19,763 nucleotides of DNA, taken from IMG/VR virus record IMGVR_UViG_2671180268_000002; one strand, 5' to 3'. Shown piece by piece: positions 1 through 11,706 of this stretch. Below the pieces are notes generated by a model that made no database searches, was not told where the DNA came from, and worked only from the letters and a program-made list of their open reading frames with translations. The translations under genes and the position numbers were made by a program. How positions within the stretch are numbered: position 1 is the stretch's first letter; every line of letters begins with the position of its first letter. The DNA is from a virus. Taxonomy: Duplodnaviria > Heunggongvirae > Uroviricota > Caudoviricetes.

Positions 1-257
1 GGTTATCGCTCGCCACGGGAATATCTGCGGCAGCGGGCTTGTAATGGGTTAAGTGATAACAGATGTCTGGAAATATAGGGGCAAATCCAATCGTCGCCGT
101 ATTCCCGTATTAACAGAGACCGTAGCCCGACGGGGAACTCCTTCTGCGCGAGTGTGCGGGAATAATCAAAAACGATGCACACCGGGGTTACCGGGTACAC
201 ATATTTCATCATGCCAGCGAGTCCGGTTCTGGCACGGAAGAAACCGGACGTTATGAT
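1..257. other. Non-coding spacer downstream of the minus-strand accessory gene; resembles the lambda region between bor and the right-end small ORFs; contains short GC-rich inverted repeats (e.g. CCGGTT..13 nt..AACCGG at about 222-246)
   Basis: No convincing ORF; the two track ORFs (3..212 minus, 53..256 plus) overlap each other and have no recognisable product. Inverted repeats read directly from the sequence. Confidence 0.5.
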
Positions 258-668
258 TTAGTGCGGAAATATTTGTGTAGTGTTCTGTATGTTCTCAGTA
301 AAGAGTAATGAATTATCAAAGGTATAGTAATACCTTTTGTTTTCGTGGATATTTGTAATCCATCTGAAAACCCCTGCTGTAGCAAGATTTTTCCTGTATT
401 CGTAAAATGATAACTCTCCTGATTTGAATCCTTTTAAGGTGGCTTCTATAAGGCATTTATTTTTTGAAAATCTTACATTTACAACCTTACCCTGTCCTTT
501 TATTAAAACCGTATTATCGTTTTCAAGAACAAGATGAATATTCTCTGTGGCTAAATAGTAAATGTAATGTGAGACATTGTGACGTTTTAGTTCAGAATAA
601 AACCAGTGATAGTTTAAATTATTTCGCACTTTATCGAATATTTGTTTAAAAATGGCAACCTGAGCCAT
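258..668 (-). CDS. YbcV-like small phage accessory protein (family catalogued as a DUF, I believe DUF1398, unverified); homolog of an ORF near the lambda right end
   Basis: Track ORF 258..683 minus strand, 141 aa. Preferred start is the second ATG (complement of 666-668, giving [11 protein letters not shown]...) because GGAAGG lies upstream as a Shine-Dalgarno; alternative start at 683. Strongly AT-rich compared with the structural genes. Protein recalled as closely similar to the lambda right-end ORF product. Confidence 0.75.
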   Translation of the reverse strand: MAQVAIFKQIFDKVRNNLNYHWFYSELKRHNVSHYIYYLATENIHLVLENDNTVLIKGQGKVVNVRFSKNKCLIEATLKGFKSGELSFYEYRKNLATAGVFRWITNIHENKRYYYTFDNSLLFTENIQNTTQIFPH

Positions 669-725
669 TGTAGTACCTTCCATGTGATATGAGGGGGCGT
701 AGTCTGCACGATTATCTAAATTGCT

Positions 726-959
726 TCAATCTGGTCTAACCTGTTTTCTGAGCAATTCAGTAATGTCACTCTTTTCTTTGTTTGCTTCAGGCGAAACTCT
801 TTTTTCTGAGCACAGTCTCCGGCGGCAGGCTTCAATGACCCAGGCTGAGAAATTCCCGGACCCTTTTTGAACAAGAGCGATGTTAATTTGTTCAATCATT
901 TGGTTAGGAAAGCGGATGTTGCGGGTTGTTGTTCTGCGGGTTCTGTTCTTCGTTGACAT
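726..959 (-). CDS. YlcI-like small basic protein (possibly DUF3950, unverified), with a pattern suggestive of a ribbon-helix-helix DNA-binding fold
   Basis: Track ORF 77 aa, MSTKNRTRRTTTRNIRFPNQMIEQINIALVQKGSGNFSAWVIEACRRRL...; N-terminal ~50 aa match a 64-aa ORF I recall just left of cos in lambda and ylcI of E. coli DLP12; C-terminus differs and is longer. Co-directional with the downstream 258..668 gene. Confidence 0.7.
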   Translation of the reverse strand: MSTKNRTRRTTTRNIRFPNQMIEQINIALVQKGSGNFSAWVIEACRRRLCSEKRVSPEANKEKSDITELLRKQVRPD

Positions 960-1099
960 GAGGTTGCCCTGTATTCAGTGTCGCTGATTTGTATTGTCTG
1001 AAGTTGTTTTTACGTTAAGTTGATGCAGATCAATTAATACGATACCTGCGTCATAATTGATTATTTGACGTGGTTTGATGGCGTAGATGCACGTTGTGA

Positions 1100-1158
1100 C
1101 ATGTAGATGATAATTATTATCATTTTGCGGGTCCTTTCCGGCGATCCGACAGGTTACG
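1100..1158 (+). promoter_or_regulatory. cosQ-containing region immediately upstream of the cosN nick
   Basis: Sequence ...GCGGGTCCTTTCCGGCGATCCGACAGGTTACG is nearly identical to the recalled right end of the lambda genome, which carries cosQ. Exact cosQ boundaries cannot be placed without alignment. Confidence 0.6.
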
Positions 1159-1170
1159 GGGCGGAAGGCG
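1159..1170 (+). other. cosN 12-nt cohesive-end segment, GGGCGGAAGGCG (lambda has GGGCGGCGACCT)
   Basis: Flanks match the lambda right end (..CAGGTTACG) and left end (CGCGGGTTTTCGCTATTTATGA..) on either side; the 12 nt between them differ from lambda at positions 7-10 and 12. Confidence 0.8.
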
Positions 1171-1210
1171 CGCGGGTTTTCGCTATTTATGACAATTTTC
1201 CGGTTTAAGG

Positions 1211-1324
1211 CGTTTCCGTTCTTCTTCGCCGTAACCTAATGTTTTTATTTAAAACACCCCCTGAAAAGAAAGGAAACGACAGGTGCTGAAAACGGGCTTT
1301 TTGGCCTCTGTCGTTTCCTTTCTC
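1211..1324 (+). promoter_or_regulatory. cosB: terminase small-subunit binding elements R3 (1211-1226), R2 (1268-1283), R1 (1308-1323), with an AT-rich IHF-type site (I1, about 1236-1262) between R3 and R2
   Basis: CGTTTCCGTTCTTCTT, AGAAAGGAAACGACAG and CTGTCGTTTCCTTTCT are seen directly; R2 and R1 are exact reverse complements. Arrangement and spacing match lambda cosB immediately upstream of Nu1. Confidence 0.85.
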
Positions 1325-1347
1325 TGTTTTTGTCCGTGGAATGAACA

Positions 1348-1867
1348 ATGGAAGTCAACAAAAAGCAGCTGGCTGACATTTTCGGTGCGAGTATCCGTAC
1401 CATTCAGAACTGGCAGGAACAGGGAATGCCCGTTCTGCGAGGCGGTGGCAAGGGTAATGAGGTGCTTTATGACTCTGCCGCCGTTATAAGATGGTATGCC
1501 GAAAGGGATGCTGAAATTGAGAACGAAAAGCTGCGCCGGGAAGTTGAAGAACTGCGGCAGGCCAGCGAGACAGATCTCCAGCCAGGGACTATTGAGTACG
1601 AACGCCATCGACTTACGCGTGCGCAGGCCGACGCACAGGAGCTGAAAAATGCCAGAGACTCCGCTGAAGTGGTGGAAACCGCATTCTGTACTTTCGTGCT
1701 GTCGCGGATCGCAGGTGAAATTGCCAGTATTCTCGACGGGATCCCCCTGTCGGTGCAGCGGCGTTTTCCGGAACTGGAAAACCGACATGTTGATTTCCTG
1801 AAACGGGATATCATCAAAGCCATGAACAAAGCAGCCGCGCTGGATGAACTGATACCGGGGTTGCTGA

Positions 1868-1893
<26 letters not shown>
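1348..1893 (+). CDS. nu1: Terminase small subunit (gpNu1)
   Basis: 181 aa; MEVNKKQLADIFGASIRTIQNWQEQGMPVLRGGGKG... is essentially identical to lambda Nu1 as recalled; sits directly after cosB; overlaps A by 26 nt as in lambda. Confidence 0.97.
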
Positions 1894-5574
<3,681 letters not shown>

Positions 5575-5594
<20 letters not shown>

Positions 5595-6894
5595 TCTCCC
5601 GCATATTGCCAGCATGGCTTTTAATGAGCCGCTGATGCTTGAACCCGCCTATGCGCGGGTTTTCTTTTGTGCGCTTGCAGGCCAGCTTGGGATCAGCTGC
5701 CTGACGGATGCAGTATCCGGCGACAGCCTGACTGCCGGAGAGGCACCCGCGGCGCTGGCGTTATCCGGTGATGATGACGGACCACGACAGGCCCGCAGTT
5801 ATCAGGTAATGAACGGCATCGCCGTGCTGCCGGTGTCCGGCACGCTGGTCAGCCGGACGCGGGCGCTGCAGCCGTACTCGGGGATGACCGGTTACAACGG
5901 CATTATCGCCCGTCTGCAACAGGCTGCCAGCGACCCGATGGTGGACGGCATTCTGCTCGATATGGACACACCGGGCGGAATGGTGGCGGGAGCATTTGAC
6001 TGCGCTGACATCATCGCCCGTGTGCGTGACATAAAGCCGGTATGGGCGCTGGCCAATGACATGAACTGCAGCGCAGGTCAGCTGCTTGCCAGTGCCGCCT
6101 CCCGGCGTCTGGTCACGCAGACCGCCCGGACAGGCTCCATCGGCGTCATGATGGCTCACAGTAATTACGGCGCTGCACTGGAGAAACAGGGCGTGGAAAT
6201 CACGCTGATTTACAGCGGCAGCCATAAGGTGGATGGCAACCCCTACAGCCATCTACCGGATGATGTCCGGGAAACATTGCAGTCCCGGATGGATGCAACC
6301 CGCCGGATGTTTGCACAGAAGGTGTCGGCATATACCGGCCTGTCCGTGCAGGCTGTGCTGGATACCGAGGCTGCAGTGTACAGCGGTCAGGAGGCCATTG
6401 ATGCCGGACTGGCTGATGAACTTGTTAACAGTACCGATGCGATCACCGTCATGCGTGATGCACTGGATGCACGTAAATCCCGTCTCTCAGGAGGGCGAAT
6501 GACCAAAGAGACTCAATCAACAACTGTTTCAGCCACTGCTTCGCAGGCTGACGTTACTGGCGTGGTGCAAGCGACGGAGGGCGAGAACGCCAGCGCGGCG
6601 CAGCCGGACGTGAACGCGCAGATCACCGCAGCGGTTGCGGCAGAAAACAGTCGCATTATGGGGATCCTCAACTGTGAGGAGGCTCACGGACGCGAAGAAC
6701 AGGCACGCGTGCTGGCCGAAACCCCCGGTATGACCGTGGAAACGGCCCGCCGTATTCTGGCCGCAGCACCACAGAGTGCACAGACGCGCAGTGACACTGC
6801 GCTGGATCGTCTGATGCAGGGGGCACCGGCACCGCTGGCTGCAGGTAACCCGGCATCTGATGCCGTTAACGATTTGCTGAACACACCAGTGTAA
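5575..6894 (+). CDS. C: Head maturation protease / minor capsid protein gpC (S49/ClpP-like peptidase family)
   Basis: GTG start at 5575 preceded by AGGAGG; gives 439 aa beginning (M)TAELRNLPHIASMAFNEPLMLEPAYARVFF as lambda gpC; overlaps the end of B by 20 nt as in lambda. The track ORF begins further upstream at 5440 but that extension lies inside B. Confidence 0.93.
6289..6894 (+). CDS. nu3: Scaffolding protein gpNu3, produced from an in-frame internal start within C
   Basis: In-frame ATG at 6289 (MDATRRMFAQKV...), 201 codons to the shared stop, the same arrangement as lambda C/Nu3. Assignment is by position and established lambda biology. Confidence 0.75.
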   Translation: MDATRRMFAQKVSAYTGLSVQAVLDTEAAVYSGQEAIDAGLADELVNSTDAITVMRDALDARKSRLSGGRMTKETQSTTVSATASQADVTGVVQATEGENASAAQPDVNAQITAAVAAENSRIMGILNCEEAHGREEQARVLAETPGMTVETARRILAAAPQSAQTRSDTALDRLMQGAPAPLAAGNPASDAVNDLLNTPV

Positions 6895-6903
6895 GGGATG
6901 TTT

Positions 6904-7236
6904 ATGACGAGCAAAGAAACCTTTACCCATTACCAGCCGCTGGGCAATAGTGACCCGGCTCATACCGCAACCGCGCCCGGCGGATTGAGTGCGAAAGCGC
7001 CTGCAATGACCCCGCTGATGCTGGACACCTCCACCCGTAAGCTGGTTGCGTGGGATGGCACCACCGACGGTGCTGCCGTTGGCATTCTTGCGGTTGCTGC
7101 TGACCAGACCAGCACCACACTGACGTTCTACAAGTCCGGCACGTTCCGTTATGAGGATGTGCTCTGGCCGGAGGCTGCCAGCGACGAGACGAAAAAACGG
7201 ACCGTGTTTGCCGGAACGGCAATCAGCATCGTTTAA
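6904..7236 (+). CDS. D: Head decoration protein gpD
   Basis: 110 aa from the ATG at 6904 ([27 protein letters not shown]...), preceded by AAGGGA; matches lambda gpD. The track start at 6898 adds two residues that lambda lacks. Confidence 0.95.
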   Translation: MTSKETFTHYQPLGNSDPAHTATAPGGLSAKAPAMTPLMLDTSTRKLVAWDGTTDGAAVGILAVAADQTSTTLTFYKSGTFRYEDVLWPEAASDETKKRTVFAGTAISIV

Positions 7237-7291
7237 CTTTACCCTTCATCACTAAAGGCCGCCTGTGTGGCTTTTTTTACGGGATTTTTTT

Positions 7292-8317
7292 ATGTCGATG
7301 TACACAACCGCCCAGCTGCTGGCGGCAAATGAGCAGAAATTTAAGTTTGATCCGCTGTTTCTGCGTCTCTTTTTCCGTGAGAGCTATCCCTTCACTACGG
7401 AGAAAGTCTATCTCTCACAAATTCCGGGACTGGTAAACATGGCGCTGTACGTTTCGCCGATTGTTTCCGGTGAGGTTATCCGTTCCCGTGGCGGCTCCAC
7501 CTCTGAATTTACGCCGGGATATGTCAAACCCAAGCATGAGGTGAATCCGCAGATGACCCTGCGTCGCCTGCCGGATGAAGATCCGCAGAATCTGGCGGAC
7601 CCGGCTTACCGCCGCCGTCGCATCATCATGCAGAACATGCGTGACGAAGAGCTGGCCATTGCTCAGGTCGAAGAGATGCAGGCAGTTTCTGCCGTGCTCA
7701 AGGGCAAATACACCATGACCGGTGAAGCCTTCGATCCGGTTGAGGTGGATATGGGCCGCAGTGCGGCGAACAACATCACACAGTCCGGCGTCACGGAGTG
7801 GAGCAAGCGTGACAAGTCCACGTATGACCCGACCGACGATATCGAAGCCTACGCGCTGAACGCCAGCGGTGTGGTGAATATCATCGTGTTTGACCCGAAA
7901 GGCTGGGCGCTGTTCCGTTCCTTCAAAGCCGTCAAGGAGAAGCTGGATACCCGTCGCGGCTCTCATTCCGAGCTGGAGACAGCGGTAAAAGACCTGGGCA
8001 AAGCGGTGTCCTATAAGGGAATGTATGGCGATGTGGCCATCGTCGTGTATTCCGGACAGTACGTGGAAAACGGCGTCAAAAAGAACTTCCTGCCGGACAA
8101 CACGATGGTGCTGGGGAACACTCAGGCTCGCGGTCTGCGCACCTATGGCTGCATTCAGGATGCGGACGCACAGCGCGAAGGCATTAACGCTTCTGCCCGT
8201 TACCCGAAAAACTGGGTGACCACCGGCGATCCGGCGCGTGAGTTCACCATGATTCAGTCAGCACCGCTGATGCTGCTGGCTGATCCTGATGAGTTCGTGT
8301 CCGTTCAACTGGCGTAA
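7292..8317 (+). CDS. E: Major capsid protein gpE
   Basis: 341 aa from the ATG at 7292 (MSMYTTAQLLAANEQKFKFDPLFLRLFF...); near-identical to lambda gpE. The track start at 7265 is an upstream GTG not used in lambda. Confidence 0.96.
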   Translation: MSMYTTAQLLAANEQKFKFDPLFLRLFFRESYPFTTEKVYLSQIPGLVNMALYVSPIVSGEVIRSRGGSTSEFTPGYVKPKHEVNPQMTLRRLPDEDPQNLADPAYRRRRIIMQNMRDEELAIAQVEEMQAVSAVLKGKYTMTGEAFDPVEVDMGRSAANNITQSGVTEWSKRDKSTYDPTDDIEAYALNASGVVNIIVFDPKGWALFRSFKAVKEKLDTRRGSHSELETAVKDLGKAVSYKGMYGDVAIVVYSGQYVENGVKKNFLPDNTMVLGNTQARGLRTYGCIQDADAQREGINASARYPKNWVTTGDPAREFTMIQSAPLMLLADPDEFVSVQLA

Positions 8318-8358
8318 TCATGGCCCTTCGGGGCCATTTTCTCTCTGTGGAGGAGTTC

Positions 8359-8757
8359 ATGACGAAAGATGAACTGATTGCCCGTCTTCAGGAGCTGGGT
8401 GAGCAATTGAACCGCGATGTCAGTTTGACGGGAACGAAAGAAGAACTGGCGCTTCGTGTGGCAGAGCTGGAAGAAGAGCTTGATGACACGGATGAAACTG
8501 CCGGTCAGGACACCCCTCTCAGCCGGGAAAATGTGCTGACCGGGCATGAAAATGAGGTGGTATCAGCGCAGCCGGATACCGTGATTCAGGATACGGCTGA
8601 ACTGGTCACGGTCGTGGCACTGGTGACGCTGCATACTGATGCACTTCACGCCACGCGGGATAAACCTGTGGCATTTGTGCTGCCGGGAACGGCGTTTCGT
8701 GTCTCTGCCGGTGTGGCAGCCGAAATGACAGAGCGCGGCCTGGCCAGAATGCAATAA
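8359..8757 (+). CDS. FI: DNA-packaging / head assembly protein gpFI
   Basis: 132 aa from the ATG at 8359 (MTKDELIARLQELGEQLNRDVSLTG...); matches lambda gpFI with a few substitutions. Confidence 0.93.
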   Translation: MTKDELIARLQELGEQLNRDVSLTGTKEELALRVAELEEELDDTDETAGQDTPLSRENVLTGHENEVVSAQPDTVIQDTAELVTVVALVTLHTDALHATRDKPVAFVLPGTAFRVSAGVAAEMTERGLARMQ

Positions 8758-8768
8758 CGGGAGGCGCT

Positions 8769-9122
8769 GTGGCTGATTTCGATAACCTGTTCGATGCTGC
8801 CATTGCCCGCGCCGATGAAACGATACGCGGGTACATGGGAACGTCAGCCACCATGACATCCGGTGAGCAGTCAGGTGCGGTGATACGTGGTGTTTTTGAT
8901 GACCCTGAAAATATCAGCTATGCCGGACAGGGCGTGCGCGTTGAAGGCTCCAGCCCGTCCCTGTTTGTCCGGACTGATGAGGTGCGGCAGCTGCGGCGTG
9001 GAGACACGCTGACCATCGGTGAGGAAAATTTCTGGGTAGATCGGGTTTCGCCGGATGATGGCGGAAGTTGTCATCTCTGGCTTGGACGGGGCGTACCGCC
9101 TGCCGTTAACCGTCGCCGCTGA
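8769..9122 (+). CDS. FII: Head-tail connector protein gpFII
   Basis: 117 aa with a GTG start (MADFDNLFDAAIARADETIRGYMG...); matches lambda gpFII. Confidence 0.94.
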   Translation: MADFDNLFDAAIARADETIRGYMGTSATMTSGEQSGAVIRGVFDDPENISYAGQGVRVEGSSPSLFVRTDEVRQLRRGDTLTIGEENFWVDRVSPDDGGSCHLWLGRGVPPAVNRRR

Positions 9123-9133
9123 AAGGGGGATGT

Positions 9134-9712
9134 ATGGCCATAAAAGGTCTTGAGCAGGCCGTTGAAAACCTCAGCCGTATCAGCAAAACGGCGGTGCCCG
9201 GTGCCGCCGCAATGGCCATTAACCGCGTTGCTTCATCCGCGATATCGCAGTCTGCGTCACAGGTTGCCCGTGAGACAAAGGTACGCCGGAAACTGGTAAA
9301 GGAAAGGGCCAGGCTGAAAAGGGCCACGGTCAAAAATCCGCAGGCCAGAATCAAAGTTAACCGGGGGGATTTGCCCGTAATCAAGCTGGGTAATGCGCGG
9401 GTTGTCCTGTCCCGCCGCAGGCGTCATAAAAAGGGGCAGCGTTCATCCCTGAAAGGTGGCGGCAGCGTGCTTGTGGTGGGTAACCGTCGTATTCCCGGCG
9501 CGTTTATTCAGCAACTGAAAAACGGCCGGTGGCATGTTATGCAGCGTGTGGCCGGGAAAAACCGTTACCCCATTGATGTGGTGAAAATCCCGATGGCGGT
9601 GCCGCTGACCACGGCGTTTAAACAGAATATTGAACGGATACGGCGTGAACGTCTTCCGAAAGAGCTGGGCTATGCGCTGCAGCATCAACTGAGAATGGTA
9701 ATAAAGCGATGA
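9134..9712 (+). CDS. Z: Tail completion protein gpZ
   Basis: 192 aa, MAIKGLEQAVENLSRISKTAVPGAAAMAINRV...; matches lambda gpZ. Confidence 0.95.
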   Translation: MAIKGLEQAVENLSRISKTAVPGAAAMAINRVASSAISQSASQVARETKVRRKLVKERARLKRATVKNPQARIKVNRGDLPVIKLGNARVVLSRRRRHKKGQRSSLKGGGSVLVVGNRRIPGAFIQQLKNGRWHVMQRVAGKNRYPIDVVKIPMAVPLTTAFKQNIERIRRERLPKELGYALQHQLRMVIKR

Positions 9713-10104
9713 AACATACTGAACTCCGTGCAGCCGTACTGGATGCACTGGAGAAGCATGACACCGGGGCGACGCTTTTTGATGGTCGCCCCGCTGTTTT
9801 TGATGAGGAAGATTTTCCGGCAATTGCCGTTTATCTCACCGGCGCTGAATACACGGGCGAAGAGCTGGACAGCGATACCTGGCAGGCGGAGCTGCATATT
9901 GAAGTTTTCCTGCCTGCTCAGGTGCCGGATTCAGAGCTGGATTCGTGGATGGAGTCCCGGATTTATCCTGTGATGAGCGATATCCCGGCACTGTCAGATT
10001 TGATCACCAGTATGGTGGCCAGCGGCTATGACTACCGGCGCGACGATGATGCGGGCCTGTGGAGTTCAGCCGATCTGACTTATGTCATTATCTATGAAAT
10101 GTGA
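9709..10104 (+). CDS. U: Tail terminator protein gpU
   Basis: 131 aa, [36 protein letters not shown]...; matches lambda gpU; ATGA overlap with the Z stop. Confidence 0.95.
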   Translation: MKHTELRAAVLDALEKHDTGATLFDGRPAVFDEEDFPAIAVYLTGAEYTGEELDSDTWQAELHIEVFLPAQVPDSELDSWMESRIYPVMSDIPALSDLITSMVASGYDYRRDDDAGLWSSADLTYVIIYEM

Positions 10105-10111
10105 GGACGCT

Positions 10112-10852
10112 ATGCCTGTACCAAATCCTACAATGCCGGTGAAAGGTGCCGGGACCACCCTGTGGGTTTATAAGGGGAGCGGTGACCCTTATGCGAACCC
10201 GCTTTCAGACGTTGACTGGTCGCGTCTGGCAAAAGTTAAAGACCTGACGCCCGGCGAACTGACCGCTGAGTCCTATGACGACAGCTATCTCGATGATGAA
10301 GATGCAGACTGGACTGCGACCGGGCAGGGGCAGAAATCTGCCGGAGATACCAGCTTCACGCTGGCGTGGATGCCCGGAGAGCAGGGGCAGCAGGCGCTGC
10401 TGGCGTGGTTTAATGAAGGTGATACCCGTGCCTATAAAATCCGCTTCCCGAACGGCACGGTCGATGTGTTCCGTGGCTGGGTCAGCAGTATCGGTAAGGC
10501 GGTGACGGCGAAGGAGGTGATTACCCGCACGGTGAAGGTCACCAATGTGGGACGTCCGTCGATGGCAGAAGATCGCAGCACGGTGACGGCGACGACCGGC
10601 ATGACGGTGACACCCGCCAGTGCTTCCGTAGTGAAAGGGCAGAGCACCACGCTGACCGTGGCATTCCAGCCGGATGGCGCAACCGACAAGAGCTTCCGTG
10701 CGGTGTCTGCGGATAAAACAAAAGCCACCGTGTCGGTCAGTGGTATGACCATCACCGTGAAAGGTGTTGCTGCAGGCAAGGTCAACATTCCGGTCGTATC
10801 TGGTAATGGTGAGTTTGCTGCGGTTGCAGAAATCAACGTCACCGCCAGTTAA
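10112..10852 (+). CDS. V: Major tail tube protein gpV, with C-terminal Ig-like (Big_2-type) domain
   Basis: 246 aa from the ATG at 10112 ([31 protein letters not shown]...); matches lambda gpV. The track start at 10082 is an upstream extension not present in lambda. Confidence 0.96.
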   Translation: MPVPNPTMPVKGAGTTLWVYKGSGDPYANPLSDVDWSRLAKVKDLTPGELTAESYDDSYLDDEDADWTATGQGQKSAGDTSFTLAWMPGEQGQQALLAWFNEGDTRAYKIRFPNGTVDVFRGWVSSIGKAVTAKEVITRTVKVTNVGRPSMAEDRSTVTATTGMTVTPASASVVKGQSTTLTVAFQPDGATDKSFRAVSADKTKATVSVSGMTITVKGVAAGKVNIPVVSGNGEFAAVAEINVTAS

Positions 10853-10867
10853 TCCGGAGAGTCAGCG

Positions 10868-11290
10868 ATGTTCCTGAAAACCGAATCATTTGAACATAAC
10901 GGTGTGACCGTCACGCTTTCTGAACTGTCAGCCCTGCAGCGTATTGAGCATCTCGACCTGATGAAACGGCAGGCAGAACAGGCGGAGTCAGACAGCAACC
11001 GGAAGTTTACTGTGGAAGACGCCATCAGAACCGGCGCTTTTGTGGTTGCGATGTCCCTGTGGCATAACCATCCGAAGAAGACGCAGATGCCGTCCATGAA
11101 TGAAGCCGTTAAACAGATTGAGCAGGAAGTGCTTACCACCTGGCCCACAGAGGCAATTTCTCATGCTGAAAACGTGGTGTACCGGCTGTCCGGTATGTAT
11201 GAGTTTGTGGTGAATGATGCTCCTGAACAGGCAGAGGACGCCGGGCCTGCAGAGCCTGTTTCTGCGGGAAAGTGTTCGACGGTGAGCTGA
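10868..11290 (+). CDS. G: Tail assembly chaperone gpG
   Basis: 140 aa, MFLKTESFEHNGVTVTLSELSALQRIEHLDLMKRQ...; matches lambda gpG. Confidence 0.95.
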   Translation: MFLKTESFEHNGVTVTLSELSALQRIEHLDLMKRQAEQAESDSNRKFTVEDAIRTGAFVVAMSLWHNHPKKTQMPSMNEAVKQIEQEVLTTWPTEAISHAENVVYRLSGMYEFVVNDAPEQAEDAGPAEPVSAGKCSTVS

Positions 11291-11706
11291 GTTTTGCCCT
11301 GAAACTGGCGCGTGAGATGGGGCGACCCGACTGGCGCGCCATGCTTGCCGGGATGTCATCCACGGAGTATGCCGACTGGCACCGCTTTTACAGTACCCAT
11401 TATTTTCATGATGTTCTGCTGGATATGCACTTTTCCGGGCTGACGTACACCGTGCTCAGCCTGTTTTTCAGCGATCCGGAGATGCATCCGCTGGATTTCA
11501 GTCTGCTGAACCGGCGCGAGGCTGACGAAGAGCCTGAAGATGATGTGCTGATGCAGAAAGCGGCAGGGCTTGCCGGAGGTGTCCGCTTTGGCCCGGACGG
11601 GAATGAAGTTATCCCCGCTTCCCCGGATGTGGCGGACATGACGGAGGATGACGTAATGCTGATGACAGTATCAGAAGGGATCGCAGGAGGAGTCCGGTAT
11701 GGCTGA
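10868..11706 (+). CDS. T: Tail assembly chaperone gpG-T fusion made by programmed -1 ribosomal frameshift at the heptamer GGGAAAG (11266-11272)
   Basis: Slippery sequence G GGA AAG lies in the G frame near the end of G; the -1 frame continues VFDGELSFALKLAREMGRPDWRAML... to a stop at 11706, matching the lambda T region. The G-T frameshift is established lambda biology. Confidence 0.9.
11266..11272 (+). promoter_or_regulatory. Programmed -1 frameshift slippery heptamer GGGAAAG for G-T
   Basis: Exact heptamer in the correct register (zero-frame codons GGA AAG) 18 nt before the G stop. Confidence 0.9.

Noticed and set aside
3-256. Track ORFs 3..212 (minus, 69 aa) and 53..256 (plus, 67 aa)
   Set aside because: They overlap each other on opposite strands within a spacer that resembles non-coding lambda sequence; no ribosome-binding context and no recognisable product.
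960-1158. Possible sigma70 promoter (TTGACG at about 1066-1071) upstream of cos
   Set aside because: Only a -35-like hexamer without a convincing -10 at proper spacing; the late operon is expected to be driven from the distant late promoter across cos.
1249-1829. Minus-strand ORFs 1249..1788 (179 aa) and 1467..1829 (120 aa), and plus-strand ORF 1283..1489
   Set aside because: They lie antisense to or out of frame within Nu1 and run across the cosB binding sites; Nu1 accounts for the coding signal here.
6898-10111. Longer track starts for D (6898), E (7265), FI (8320) and V (10082)
   Set aside because: In each case an internal start reproduces the lambda N-terminus exactly (MTSKE, MSMYTT, MTKDE, MPVPN) and has better ribosome-binding context; the extra residues are read-through of intergenic sequence.
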